Assembly: GCA_951406725.2 (NCBI GenBank)
Contig: OX597827.1
Span: 79,546,001-79,610,000 of the forward strand
Length of the DNA stretch: 64,000 nt
Reading direction: 5' to 3'
Source: Octopus vulgaris
Lineage: Eukaryota
Both the position numbers and the translations under genes were made by a program. Shown one piece after another: positions 25,464 through 38,967 of the stretch (position 1 is the first letter of the stretch; every line of letters begins with the position of its first letter). The notes under the pieces were generated by a model. The model was not told the origin of the DNA. It did no database searches and saw only the letters and a program-made list of their open reading frames with translations.

Positions 25464-26674
25464 CTGCTGTTGAAATAACAAAGCTTTAGATAAACATTTG
25501 ACAGTTAGTGTACACTATTATGAGTTTATGATGATTTCATATGAGATTACATTTTTCATTACAGTAAATTTCTGAAGTACTTAGAATTAGTTCAAGTATT
25601 GTTGTGCTATGTCGTGTGTTGGTTAGACAAGATTAAGTGGAGCTAGTTGGTTGTTGTTTAGCCTAAATCATGTCCTTCTTGAGTTGGAGGAGGGTGAGTG
25701 AGGTTTGTATGTGAGTGTGTGAGTTTGACACCACTTTAAATTTTTTACTTCTACAAAAATGCAATACATAAAACCATTTGGGATAGTAAAATTGTTAAAT
25801 ATATAACAGATCTTACATTTATGTTAAAAATGCTCCTAGTAGATCTGTATGAGACTGGTTGATTAATCACTTAAATGGCATTTTACAGTAATATATAATG
25901 AAAACAAGGATCTTTTGGAGAGAAGTGATCCAAGAATCAGTTAGTACTACAAATGAGCTGTTAGTAGTACATATGAAAATTACGTTTTGCAATGTAAACT
26001 GAGTAAAATATTTGGCAGAGATCCATAAATATAATGATTCTGTATAGTTATCCATTATCCAGCTCATTGTATCCAGATTACATGCAAATATAACAATATA
26101 ACACACAGATCACAACACAGCATTTGAAGATCTGAGTATCCATGAAAATCTGTGAATTTAAATGCAATAGGAACCCTAAAATTAATCTCTGGATGAGTGT
26201 AGAATATCCATGTGGTCTTAATGCTATCCAGAACATATAGACTTATTCTTACTTAAATATATTACCTTTCGTTGTTATATTGCCTGGTGACTAATAGTAG
26301 CTGTAATGTCAAAGCATATATCACCAAATAATAGCTAAATCAGGTGCTTAATCTAATAAGAATCCATAGAAGTTCCAGGGTAATTCCCATGCTTACAAAT
26401 ATCTGGATTAAAAACAGTAAAGAATTTTTAAGTGGTGTTATAGGCCAAACCATTCTTATGAACATTAAGGTTTCCTGAATGTTGGCTATAACAAATAATT
26501 TTCAGAGATTTGTAAACATCTGAGAAAATAGGATATGAAAAACATTCAAAGTACACTCTACAGCTCTTATTAAATTATATGATGATATGGTGATATAAGG
26601 AATAATGAAGTGAATAAATATTAAAAACAAAAGCATTAAACAACATTTGAAAAATAGATGTGTTGCCCAGATAC

Positions 26675-29086
26675 CTGTGGAACTGGTGGAAGTCGCCTGG
26701 GTGTTGTTGAGAATTTCCATTCATTGGCTGATTGTTCCATCTCTGGATAATATGGACTTTTGGGGTTTATTGACTGAAGATTTCTGCTAAATATCTCTTC
26801 TGCATTGCGAGTTATTGCAACAGGATTGTTTGTCTGATACAGAATTTGTCTCATTTCAGTCCTCGATAGAAATTTTGGATTATCTTTTTCTCCAGATGAA
26901 TTATTGAAGTGATTAATACATTTGAAAACACACATTGTTATTGACACTACAACAGCCACAGATAGTATTACAGCTGCTGCTACAATGATAATTATCCAAG
27001 TCATATCCAGGTTGTTATCAGACTGTGAGTGGATAGCAGTCAACATTGGAGATGTATCATTACTAACAAACAGTGTTAGTATGATAGCAGTTGTTGCTGA
27101 TTGAACTGGAGTACCACCGTCTTTCACTATAAACTGCAGCTCATATGTTCCTGCATCATTTTGGTAAACTGTGCGAGAGAAAGATAACACACCAGTGTGT
27201 GAGTTCACTGTAAACAGGTTTTTATCATTGGATCTCAGTATTCCATATGTGAGGAAAGCATTGTTTCCAGTGTCTTTGTCAGATGCTTTCAAAATTGTGA
27301 TGTCCTTCTTACTGTGTGGATGGTAGTGGACATCTAGATTGTAAGGGTCATTATTAGGAAGTGTAAAATATGGAGCATTATCATTTTTATCTAGAATCTC
27401 TATAAGAATGTTGGCAGTGTTATTCAGAGAAGGTGTTCCATTATCTTTGACTAAAACCTGTAAATTATAGATGTCTTTCACTTCTCGATCTATTGGTTGT
27501 GATGTAGAAATAAATCCATATTTTGTCAGTTGGAAAGGAATGTTATCATTGTTGTTATCATTGATGATAGAATATGTAAGTTGGCCTCCATCTCCAAGAT
27601 CAGGGTCTGTAGCATTGATGAAGCCAATAGGGAAGTCAACTTTCTGGTTCTCATAGGTGAGGAATTGGAATGTCTCTTTGGTAAAATGTGGTTCTACATC
27701 ATTGACATCAGTTACTTTGACAGAGAACTGTTTCTTAGTCTTTAATGGAGGTGATCCCATGTCATGACATACAATAGAAACAACATAATGGTCTATAGTT
27801 TCTCTGTCCAGAGGTTCTTTCACCAATATTTTATATTCTTTAGAACCCATATTAGAAAGCTGGAACATTTTATGGTGAATATTACATTTAATTTGTCCAT
27901 TAGGTCCTCTATCAGTGTCAGTGACCATAACATAAGCTATAAAACTTCCAATTTTACTTGCTTCTGAGATAGCAGTAGAAGTCTTTGTTAAAGGTGATAC
28001 AAAATCTATATTTATAGATGGCACATTATTTTGATTGTTAATTACATTTATAATCAACGTTGACATGGAGCTTAATGAAGGATTTCCACCATCCCTAGCT
28101 CCAACATATAACTGGTATTTACTTTCCTTATTTCTAAAGAAATTATCATTGATGAAGATTTCTCCAGATTTATGATTTAATTTGAAATACTTTTTATCAT
28201 ATTCATTTGTATTTCTATGTAAAAAATAATTAATATTTCCATTTTGACCAGAATCTAAATCTGTTGCTGATAAAACAAAAACAGGAGAAGATATATGATG
28301 TGTGTCACTGATGGTGGTATTATATAATTTTTGTGTAAATGTAGGTCTGTTATCATTGACATCAATAACAGATATTTCAATGTCCAGAATACCTTCCTTT
28401 GGTGGAGAACCTCCATCTCTAGCAATCAACTGTAACATATAAGTGTCTTTTAATTCTCTATCTAACATTCCTTCTAGAATTATTTTAAGTAAATTTATTC
28501 CATCAGATTCTTTAAATATGGAGAGTGAGAATGTTTTGCTTTTATCTTTGAGTTTATATATTATCTTAGAATTTGGAAGACTAATGTCTTTATCAACAGC
28601 ATTTGGTATTGATTTTGCAGTTCCTTTGCTGTAATATTCATCAAACTGTAATTTTATTTGCTTTTGAGGAAACTCTGGCTGGTGGTCATTAATATCTTCT
28701 ATAATTATTTTTATCTTCAATATCTTTATAAATGTTCCTGCTTTCCTCACTGCCACCTTAACTATTCTGGAACATTCCTTGTTGTATGTACACAGAGACT
28801 CAGCATCCAGTGTTTGAGTAGTGTATAGTTTTCCTGAGTTGGTGACATTAAATAAATGAGAACCACTCTCGACTGTCCTTTGTAGTTGTGTAAATGTAAT
28901 GACAGTGTGTTGTTGATGTGTGAGAGGGTGTGATAAGTTGGAGTCAACGGCAATGTCTCCTATATAGGTGTGAGGACTATCTTCTTCCTTGACATAGTAA
29001 GTAATGTCTATAGAAACTACAGTATACATCAGTCCATAGAGAAAGTAAAATTTTATGTGTTGATTATAATCATTGTTGTAATTCAT
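26675..29086 (-). CDS. Pcdh: Protocadherin gene C, large exon
   Basis: ORF 26636..29086; donor CAG|GTATCT at 26675/26674; acceptor AG at 29107-29108. Confidence 0.95.
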
Positions 29087-30499
29087 TATTTGTCATGAAT
29101 ATTGTTCTAAAAAAGAAAAATCATTTTGAATTAATGCTACATATATTTGATTTCATCAGTTTTATATATATAAAAGGTTTTATATATGCAAAATACATGT
29201 TTCTTTAAAAGCCAAATGCATTTAATTTATCCAGTTATTATCTTGAAGCATTCGTGACATCCTGAAATATTTGATATAGTTTATAAAAATTAAGACTTGA
29301 GGTAATATCTTGAAGTAAAAACTTTATACATGCTTGGAGGTTGTTATCTAAATGAAAATAAGTTAATAGTTATTGCAATAGATATTTTATCAGATAATCT
29401 ACAAGATTAAATAACGCTGTTAAGGATCTTGAAAAACATTAGAGTTGTTCCCCCTCCTCAGTTTTCGTATATTTCTTTTAAGATGATCAGCGATAGAATG
29501 GATTCTAAAGTCGGTGAAACCAATTGAACATTTCTATTAAAATTTTGGAATCGTCTTCAAAATAATGCGACTCTGTATTACACAGTTTTTATTTGAAATT
29601 GATGAGTAGTTACGTAATGAAATAATGATAACTGACTGAGTTTGTGCTGGTTTTCACTATTTTTTTCCTCAATGAAAATAATTCTGATTTAACATAATAA
29701 ATTATTCGCTAAAATATAAAATGAACATCTAAAGCTTTAGCCAAAAACATATAGTATGGTTGTAGTCAATCAACCTTATGGCAGCTACATGTTGGTTTAG
29801 CGCTTGAAAATACAAAACTTCTGTCTGACATGAAAAATTATTTTGTACACATTGCAATATCTCTTTGGGATTCATAGTTGAATCTAGAGCATGTTTCCTT
29901 ATACGGTTGCAGTGTTCTCTATATGTGAGAAACACCTAAAACAGCTACAGCCAGCATTGCTGTAGGTGCTTCTAAAATTTTCAGCAAATATTAAAAAAAA
30001 AATCCTATACTAATTCATAGATTTTTTTTTAAAATGTCTATTGAACTTTGGTGACCATTGAGTAATAAGTTATGGATACAATTTTGTTGTAGTGTTCTCT
30101 ATATGTGAGAAATAATTCAGTAAACTATAGTTATGGCACATTATGAAGCTCAACAAAGTGAAATTTTCACAAATACTAAAAATATAATCCAGGTGCTTTA
30201 CAATATGTAATTTTGCACTTCAACATTAAATTCCTCCAGTTTTACTGATCCAGTAGCAATAAAGTAATGATAATTCATAATTAGAGATCTTTTTGAAATT
30301 ATGCTTCTTTTTAAAAAAGTTTATAATTATTCATATATATACACACACATCATACTACCAATTCCATTCACTACTAAAAATCTTAGCCACACCCTGGCAC
30401 CTGGTTCATTTCCTCCCCATTCTCTCCCCACAAATTAATGACCTCAATTTGCTACTCTTTGTCTTTTTCCACAGATTTTGTATATATATATATATATAT

Positions 30500-30790
30500 A
30501 TACATGCACACAAAAGTACTGCCATCCCAAAAACCATAAAGATATGTAAGAAATGAAGTAAGGAGTTTGAGGAGCAGAAGCCCCTCTCAGAAAACAAGAT
30601 TGAGATAAAATTTTATGCATATACATGTATATTTGTATGTACATTTTATAATTTTACGTATATACATGTAAAATTTTAATGCAATCCATTTTTTCTGGGA
30701 GGGGATTATACCCTTCAAACTCCTTACTTTGTTTCGCAGATAGCTCTATGCTTTTTTTTGCAGAGTATTGCTTTTTTGTGCTTGTTTGTT
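30500..30790. repeat. Imperfect ~290 bp foldback (MITE-like)
   Basis: AAGTAAGGAGTTTGA..CCCCTC..AGAAAA (30556-30594) is the reverse complement of TTTTCT..GAGGGG..TCAAACTCCTTACTT (30690-30729); pairing extends on both sides. Confidence 0.7.
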
Positions 30791-30909
30791 TGTGTGCACG
30801 TGTGTGTGACATTCAATAAATGAGCTGGAAGGGATATCTTCCTGGGCTTAAAATTGCAGTTCATCATCTCTTACAGAATAGCCACGTTAAAGTGGGGATA
30901 AACACTACC

Positions 30910-30910
<1 letters not shown>

Positions 30911-30972
<62 letters not shown>

Positions 30973-31413
30973 CCTTAAAGTTTGTTTACAGAAACTATTT
31001 TGAATATGTATATAAAAAGCTCCTATTTTATTATGCTGGCTACAGCCTAATAATGTTGACTGGTGATACCAGTTTTTCAGAGTTGCATAAAGCTGTGTCG
31101 ATTTACTGTAGGATAAATATAGTAATAACAATAATAATCCTTGGATGGATTTATAACTATTTTAATGCATTGCTATGTGTTTCCACAAATGACATGTTTC
31201 TTAAGACTTAGTCCATGTTCCTGGAATGATTACAGTGCAGTCCATAGTATCCATGAACACTGGGTGATCATCCCAGGAATACAGATTATGATCTTAAGAA
31301 AAATGTAATTTGTGGAAATGCATGTAGCAATACATCAAAATATTCATGATTCCATCCAAGGATTATTATTTTTATTACTTCAAATATATGTGCGTGTGTG
31401 TGTGTGTGTATTG

Positions 31414-31453
<40 letters not shown>

Positions 31454-31473
31454 GTATGTATTTTGTATGTATG

Positions 31474-31527
<54 letters not shown>

Positions 31528-31837
31528 TGTATATATGTATATGTATACATATAAATCATCAACATTTAAAAAAACAGACACAGGTTAATAGTAAATATGC
31601 ATTATAAATGAATGTTGTCATTTAACTAAAGATGAAAATAAAGAAACTTGAATCTATTTATAATAGTGAACAAAACAAAAGTGACAAAATATAAGCAAAA
31701 CATATTGTCATGTACTTGTCTTTTTTATTGTTTTGTTTGGATATGTTTCTCGAAGGATATCTAAAGTTAGATGGTTCCCTGGTTATATTAACAGTGCAAA
31801 GTGCAGTTTTTAAAAATATTTTTTTTGTGCTGTACAT

Positions 31838-31871
<34 letters not shown>

Positions 31872-31899
31872 TGTATGTATGTATGTGTATGTATGTATG

Positions 31900-31950
<51 letters not shown>

Positions 31951-32278
31951 CAACCCATGCTAGCATGGAGAACGGACATTAAACGATGATGATGATATAT
32001 ATATATATATATATATATATAAGAATGTTTTGTGTAATAAGATAAAAAACCAAGGCTGTATAGATATTAGAGCATTTATAGATAGACCTTCCATCTATAT
32101 AAATGCTCTAATATCTATACAGCCTTCGTTTTTTATCTTATTACACAAAAAAGTCTTATATATACACACTGACGTTGAACCCTTTATTCACAATATTACC
32201 GAATCTGGAACTTAACTATGGTCTGTCTATAGCACTTATTCAGCATTACCTGACATTCTTGGGTCTCAATGACACCAT

Positions 32279-32322
<44 letters not shown>

Positions 32323-32335
32323 AGAGATAGAGAGA
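30911..32335. repeat. Microsatellite cluster: (CA)n, (TA)n, (TATG)n
   Basis: Tracts at 30911-30972, 31392-31550, 31840-31947, 31995-32020 and 32287-32335. Confidence 0.95.
32028..32150. repeat. Near-perfect inverted repeat: 53 bp arms, 1 mismatch, 17 nt spacer
   Basis: 32028-32080 is the reverse complement of 32098-32150. Confidence 0.92.
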
Positions 32336-32953
32336 GAAAAGATGAAAAGGAATGCAAATGATGTTAATATTTTTTAAGAATGATAGAAATTACTAGTAGT
32401 GAATAACACTTTAGATTTAAAGTATGAATATCTGATTATCACTGCTGATGAAATAAATGAAAGATGAAATAAAGACTCATATTCAAGGCTATAATTATAT
32501 TCACAGAAAAATTTAATGATATAAGAAATTATATTGCTCAATATCTTGAAATTTGAATTATGTACTAGCAGTCTATATATATGCTATGGAAATCGGTTTC
32601 CAAAATACTTCTTCAGTGGCTGATAAACAATAATTATACCAAAAGCATTCCCTGTTTAAACTAATTTATTAAATGATGTTATATGTGAATTATAACAATA
32701 TATATGAAATTATGTGATAAATATAATCAAGTCACAGATCAGTATTTGCAGAACAGTAGCAGTCAAAAATATCTGTTTTAAAGTAACTACACCACTGCTC
32801 TTAGTAATGGCTACATAGTTCTATAGCTTCCCAGTTTCCTCTCTGTGTTATATTACCATTAAACATAGTATTATTTATTGTCTATTTCTCATATATTAGT
32901 GCTGAAATATATATATAAAAAAAATATTAAATGAAAAATTGCAATGCAAAGTG

Positions 32954-33098
32954 ACTTACCAAAATTATTCAATCTTTTGTGATTCTTATAACAGGCATTT
33001 GTTCTTTTGTAGTGTTCCTGTGTAACTGCTGCTGTAGTAGTTTGACAATGACAGTATCTGTACGGAATAGATTTGTGAGTCATAGAGGGAGCCAATTA
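32954..33098 (-). promoter_or_regulatory. Putative promoter and non-coding first exon of gene C
   Basis: TGACTCA at 33076-33082, same core, donor GTAAGT at 32959. Confidence 0.65.
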
Positions 33099-33728
33099 CA
33101 GTTTGAAATACTTTTTTTTTATCTATTCTTATTGTATCTATTTAAATTTATGCACTTTAAACAATGATTAAAGCATTTAATAATGAATTTTGCAGTAAGT
33201 ATTTTTAATATACAGTAATATATACATATATATAGTAGATTTACTCTTGTACATGAATGTTTACAACACACTAACATACGGGCACACACATGCTCATGTT
33301 CATGCAATGATTATTACAATATGTGAATATTAACTTCTATCCTAAATAGCAATATCACAACATATGTGACAGTGGATTATGGCATAAAGTATTCATTTAG
33401 ATTGAATTCTAAATGTTTTATAATTTTTCTAAGTTATTGATAATTTTATAATTTAAAGATAATTTTTATAATTCGAAAATATCAACTCATATTTTAATTT
33501 TTTAAATCGTATATTATTTGAAAATACAATAGATGGTGACAAAATTGTAGATTATTGAAGCAAGTGTTTTCTAATATGACGTTCTTATATTTTCAGACTG
33601 CAGACTATATGAAGCTTAAACTCCTTTCACTAGCAGCACCTCTAATATAATACATGATTTTGGCCTAATGTGTAACCAAAATAATCAGTTTCATCATCAT
33701 GCATTTTGAATTTGAATTATCCCATTTG

Positions 33729-33773
<45 letters not shown>

Positions 33774-33918
33774 GCATTAATTACCTGATTCTATATGTTA
33801 TTCTGTATTTGCTAATTAAATGTTCTGATTAAGTTCTGATGATAAAACCCCAGAGAAATTTCATAATTTCTGCAATAATTGGAGTCATGTTAATATTGAG
33901 TTTACTGGTTATATATAT

Positions 33919-34007
33919 TTACTGCTTATATACTGGTTCAAGATATGTGTCTTGTTCATGTTCACCTTTTGGTATTGGAGGTATGTTTGGTGTATAGTTA
34001 CTGTATT
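33919..34007 (-). CDS. Pcdh: Gene D terminal coding exon (EYSNYTPNIPPIPKGEHEQDTYLEPVYKQ*)
   Basis: tttcag acceptor, 89 nt ending in TAA. Confidence 0.88.
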
Positions 34008-34900
34008 CTGAAAGATAGAGAAAAACATAAATATATTATAATTTTCTTATGATATTGTGTTTATGAATGAAGAATAAATGTCTTTCTTCTAAACAATTCT
34101 TACTTGGATATTAGGTTTTACTTGCAATTTATATTTATCATAGATAAATGGATCTGCAGTAAAGAAGCTTGCTTCTCAACCACTTGGAGCTGGGCTCAGG
34201 CCCACTGCTTAGCATCTTGGGAAAGTGTCTTCTAAAACAACCTTGGGATGACCAAAGGCATGTGAGTGGATTTGGTAGACAGAAACAAGCCCCTTGTACA
34301 TGTTTTTGTGTGGTGGGTAGGGATAGATGTAAACAAATGTCATTAGCATTCAAACACTTTTCTTTGCTTCCAGTCTTCCTCGAAAACATGTCTGATCATG
34401 GGGAAATATGATCTTGCCTGGAATCAGTTGAGAGTTTGGTGACAAGAAGGGCATCTGAGTATAGTAATTCTACCTCAACAAATTCCATCTGACCCATGTA
34501 AGTATGGAAAAGTGGATGTTAAAACAACACTGCTACAGTTGATATGTCAATTTTGCATGTGTTTTAACCTTGGTATAGAAATTCTTTTCAAATACCATAT
34601 TCAGTTGCTTATCAGGTCACTTTTTAAAAATGTGTTCCAAAAAATCAGCCTGTATTTCATAAGCATAAGGTTTGGGTTTAGGTTACTAGCAAATGGCAGT
34701 TCAAGAATAAACCTGCCATAATTGAAATAATATGTTTATGTGTTCTATAAACTTTAAATACAGTATTATACACTCCTGAGTATTTGATATAAACCTCTTA
34801 TATTACAAAAAAAAAATGTTTCATTTATAAATATGATGTAATTGTACCAGTAAGTTTATACAAAGTCAATATACACGATTGTTGATAATAGGTAATTTAC

Positions 34901-35033
34901 CTGATGTCTGATGTTTAACATCAGCTTCATTCCATCCATGTTTGCAATCTCTTTGAGATGGCAATGTATCACTTAGGTTGTTTGATGTCACAATACTGGT
35001 GTTGTCAATTTGATCACAAGATCCACCTGAAAC
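34901..35033 (-). CDS. Pcdh: Gene D cytoplasmic exon 1 (VSGGSCDQIDNTSIVTSNNLSDTLPSQRDCKHGWNEADVKHQTS); 5' boundary uncertain
   Basis: Homologous open frame with a G|gtaaat donor. The ancestral acceptor position (35049-35050) reads GG; the nearest in-frame AG is at 35034-35035. Confidence 0.7.
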
Positions 35034-35764
35034 CTTTTTATTATAAAGCCATTATAAAAACAACATGGATTAGATGCATATTTGAGAGATTAGAGTGCAT
35101 GATATTTCTATGAATTCTATTTTACATCTTAGAAGAAGACTAGTTGGAATATTCTCATGGGAATTGGGAAATTTACTTTAATAACCTTTTTTGTAGTATT
35201 GGTAGTCCAAGCTTATGACAGTTGTATGTTTATAGTAAGGGGCATTCCAGCCATGATTACTCTGAGTTTTTGTTTTTGATTGTGAGGTAGGATGACATTA
35301 ATAATGTATACTTCTTTTTAAAGATAGTAGGAAAGATTTAAAGGAAATTTGAGTATTGTTTCAAGTAGACTGAGGAATCGATTGGGGCTTCATTATTGAT
35401 TCAGCATAGTTGGTTGTATAACTAGGTGTGACCAACAAATCCAGAGCTGCTGATATATTATACCTATGTCTGTGGACCTTAACATACTATGGTATACAAA
35501 ATAGACAGCAGTGTTGCTGTATATATGAACATTAAATTGATTTTGCTTAAAAATTCTGCAGGTCAGTTTTATAAAATTATGGCAGTACTCCCTAGAATGT
35601 TTATAGTATTTTTAATTTGCTGATATCAAAAATTAGTTCACAAAATTTAAAAGTAATAACTTCTGAATGTTGAGAAATTTTCTTTTTAGAAAATGCAATT
35701 ATTTAATTAAAATACATTTTAGTTATGTGTATGTATTACTGTTATTGTCTGTTCAATTATTCTT

Positions 35765-35975
35765 TTCTACCCTAGGCACGAGGCCCGAAATTTGGGGGGA
35801 GGGGGCCAGCCAATTAGATTGACCCCAGTACACAACTGGTACTTAATTTATTGTCCCCAAAAGGATGAAAGGTAAAGTCGACCTTGGTGGCATTTGAACT
35901 CAGAACGTAAAGACAGGTGAAATACTGTTAAGCATTTCACCCAGTGTGCTAACATTTCTGCCAGCTCACTGCCCT
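35765..35975 (-). mobile_element. tRNA-derived SINE, second abundant family
   Basis: Minus strand: GAGCTGGCAGAAATGTTAGCAC head, GAGTTCAAAT B-box, GTCGACTTTACCTTTCATCCTTT core; many copies in the window. Confidence 0.8.
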
Positions 35976-36567
35976 TTGTCTGTTCAATTATTAAAAATGA
36001 GAAATGCAGTGAATGAAACATCAAGAAGGGAATATAAAATGCATAAGTTTAATAGGTTATGAAATTATATAATAATATAACTGTATTAAAGCTTGATACA
36101 GAAAACAGCTGAAAGCCATTGTGGTAGATCAGAAGTGAATATAATGAAAATAGTAACATTATAGAATCTTAATATCACAAAATCATTTCCTAAAAAGAAA
36201 AGAAAACAGCAGAAAATTGTGGTTTCCAAGGTATGCCAGGTTAAATGTTTACCCACAGGAATCATATCCATGCTAGAAATGACTATGAACAAGAAAATAA
36301 CATTCATGCTATAAATGGGTTTTCAACACCTGATTACCATCTAAACATTCTGACTTTTTGATAAAAAGGGAAATATAAAACTTAGCTTAAGATGTGTACA
36401 TCAGTCAAAAGTGTAGATTTTACAGATTTCATTCAAGGATTTATAAACAAAATTTGACAAATATTCAAAATATATTTAACTGTTACTGTATGATGATCTG
36501 AAATGAATAGGTATAATGTAAAAACAGTAAAAACACATTTTGAAAAATAAATTTATGGCTTACATAC

Positions 36568-38967
36568 TTGTGGAATGGATGGAAGTCTCCTGTGTGTTGT
36601 TGAGAATTTCCATTCACCACTTAACTGGTCTATCTCTGGATAATATGGGCTTTTAGGATTTATAGATTGAAGATTTCTGCTAAATATATCTTCAGCATTC
36701 CGAGTTATTGCAACAGGGTTGTTTGTCTGATACAGAATTTGTCTCATCTCAGTCTGAGAGAGAAATTTTGGATTATTTTTTTCTGCAGATGAATTATTGA
36801 TGTGATTAATACATTTGAAAACACACATTGTTATTGACACTACAACAGCCACAGATAGTATTACAGCTGCTGCTACAATGATAATTATCCAAGTCATATT
36901 CAGGTTGTTATCAGACTGTGAGTGGATAGCAGTCAACATTGGAGATGTATCGTTACTAACAAACAGTGTTAGTATGATAGCAGTTGTTGCTGATTGAACT
37001 GATGTACCACCGTCTTTCACTATAAACTGCAGCTCATATGTTCCTGCATCATTTTGGTAAACTGTGCGAGAGAAAGATAACACACCAGTGTGTGAGTTCA
37101 CTGTAAACAGGTTTTTATCATTGGATCTCAGTATTCCATATGTGAGGAAAGCATTGTTTCCAGTGTCTTTGTCAGATGCTTTCAGAATTGTGATGTCCTT
37201 CTTACTGTGTGGATGGTAGTGGACATCTAGATTGTAAGGGTCATTATTAGGAAAGATAAAATATGGAGCATTGTCATTTTTATCTAGAATCTCTATAAGA
37301 ATATTGGCAGTATTATTCAGAGAAGGTGTTCCATTGTCTTTGACTAAAACCTGTAAATTATAAATGTCTTTCACTTCTCGATCTATTGGTTGTGATGTAG
37401 AAATAAATCCATATTTTGTCAGTTGGAAAGGAATGTTATCATTGTTGTTATCATTGATGATAGAATATGTAAGTTGGCCTCCATCTCCAAGATCAGGGTC
37501 TGTAGCATTGATGAAGCCAATAGGGAAGTCAACTTTCTGGTTTTCATAGGTGAGGAATTGGAATGTCTCTTTGGTAAAATGTGGTTCTACATCATTGACA
37601 TCAGTTACTTTGACAGAGAACTGTTTCTTAGTCTTTAGTGGAGGTGATCCCATGTCATGACATACAATAGAAACAACATAATGGTCTATAGTTTCTCTGT
37701 CAAGAGGTTCTTTCACCAATATTTTATATTCTTTTGAACCCATATTAGAAAGCTGGAACATTTTATGGTGAATATTGCATTTTATTTGTCCATTAGGCCC
37801 ACTGTCGGTGTCAGTGACCATAACATAAGCTATAAAACTTCCAATTTTACTTGCTTCTGAAACAGCAGTAGAGGTTTTTGTTAGTGGAGATACAAAATCT
37901 ATATTTATAGATGGCACATTATTTTGATTGTTAATTACAGTGATAATCAACATTGCCATGGAACTTAATGAAGGATTTCCACCATCTCTAGCTTCAATGT
38001 ACAATTGATATTTATTTTCTTTATTTCTAAAGAAATTATCATTGATGAAAATTTCTCCTGTTTTAGAATTTAATTTGAAATGTTTTCTGGCATATTTATT
38101 TGTATTTCTATGTAAATAGTAAGTAATGTTCCCATTTTGACCAGAATCTAAATCTGTTGCTGATAAAAGAATTACAGGTGAAGATATGTGATGTGTGTCA
38201 GTGATGGTAGTATTATATGATTTTTGTGTAAACATTGGTTGGTTGTCATTAACATCTGTAACAGAAATATATATTTTCAATATACTTTCTTTTGGTGGAG
38301 TACCTCCATCTTTAGCTACTAAATGTAACATGTAACTGTGAATTTCTTCTCTGTCTAACATTCCTTCTAAGGTTATTTTAAGTAAGTTTATTCCATCAAA
38401 TCCTTTAAATATGGATAGTGAGAATTTCTTGCTTTTATCCTTCAGTTTATATGTGATGTTAGAATTAAGAAGACCAATGTCTTTATCAACAGCATTTGGT
38501 ATTGATTTTGTTGATCCTTTTACATCTGTCTCATAAAACTCTATTTTAATTTGATCATCTGGAAACTCTGGTTGATGATCATTGATATCTTTTATAATTA
38601 TTTTTATCTTCATTATCTTTATAAATGCTCTTGCTTTCCTCACTGCTACTTTAACAATTCTGGAACATTCCTTGTTGTATGTACACAGAGACTCAGCATC
38701 CAATGTCTGAGTAGTGTATAGTTTTCCTGAGTTGGTGACATTGAATAATTGAGACCCACTTGATACCATCCTTTGTAGTTGTGTAAATGTAATGACTGCA
38801 TGTTGCTGGTGTATAAGTGAATGTGATATGTTAGAATCAGCTGCAATATCTCCTATATATGTGTGTGGACTGTCTTCTTCATTGACATGGTATATAATAT
38901 CTATGCACACAACTGGATACATTATCCCATACAGAATGTAAAGCTGCAGAGTGTTGATTACACTCAT
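36568..38967 (-). CDS. Pcdh: Protocadherin gene D, large exon
   Basis: ORF 36553..38967; donor CAA|GTATGT at 36568/36567; acceptor AG at 39006-39007. Confidence 0.95.

Noticed and set aside
31286-31989. YIYI/VCVC-rich ORFs
   Set aside because: Translations of microsatellites.
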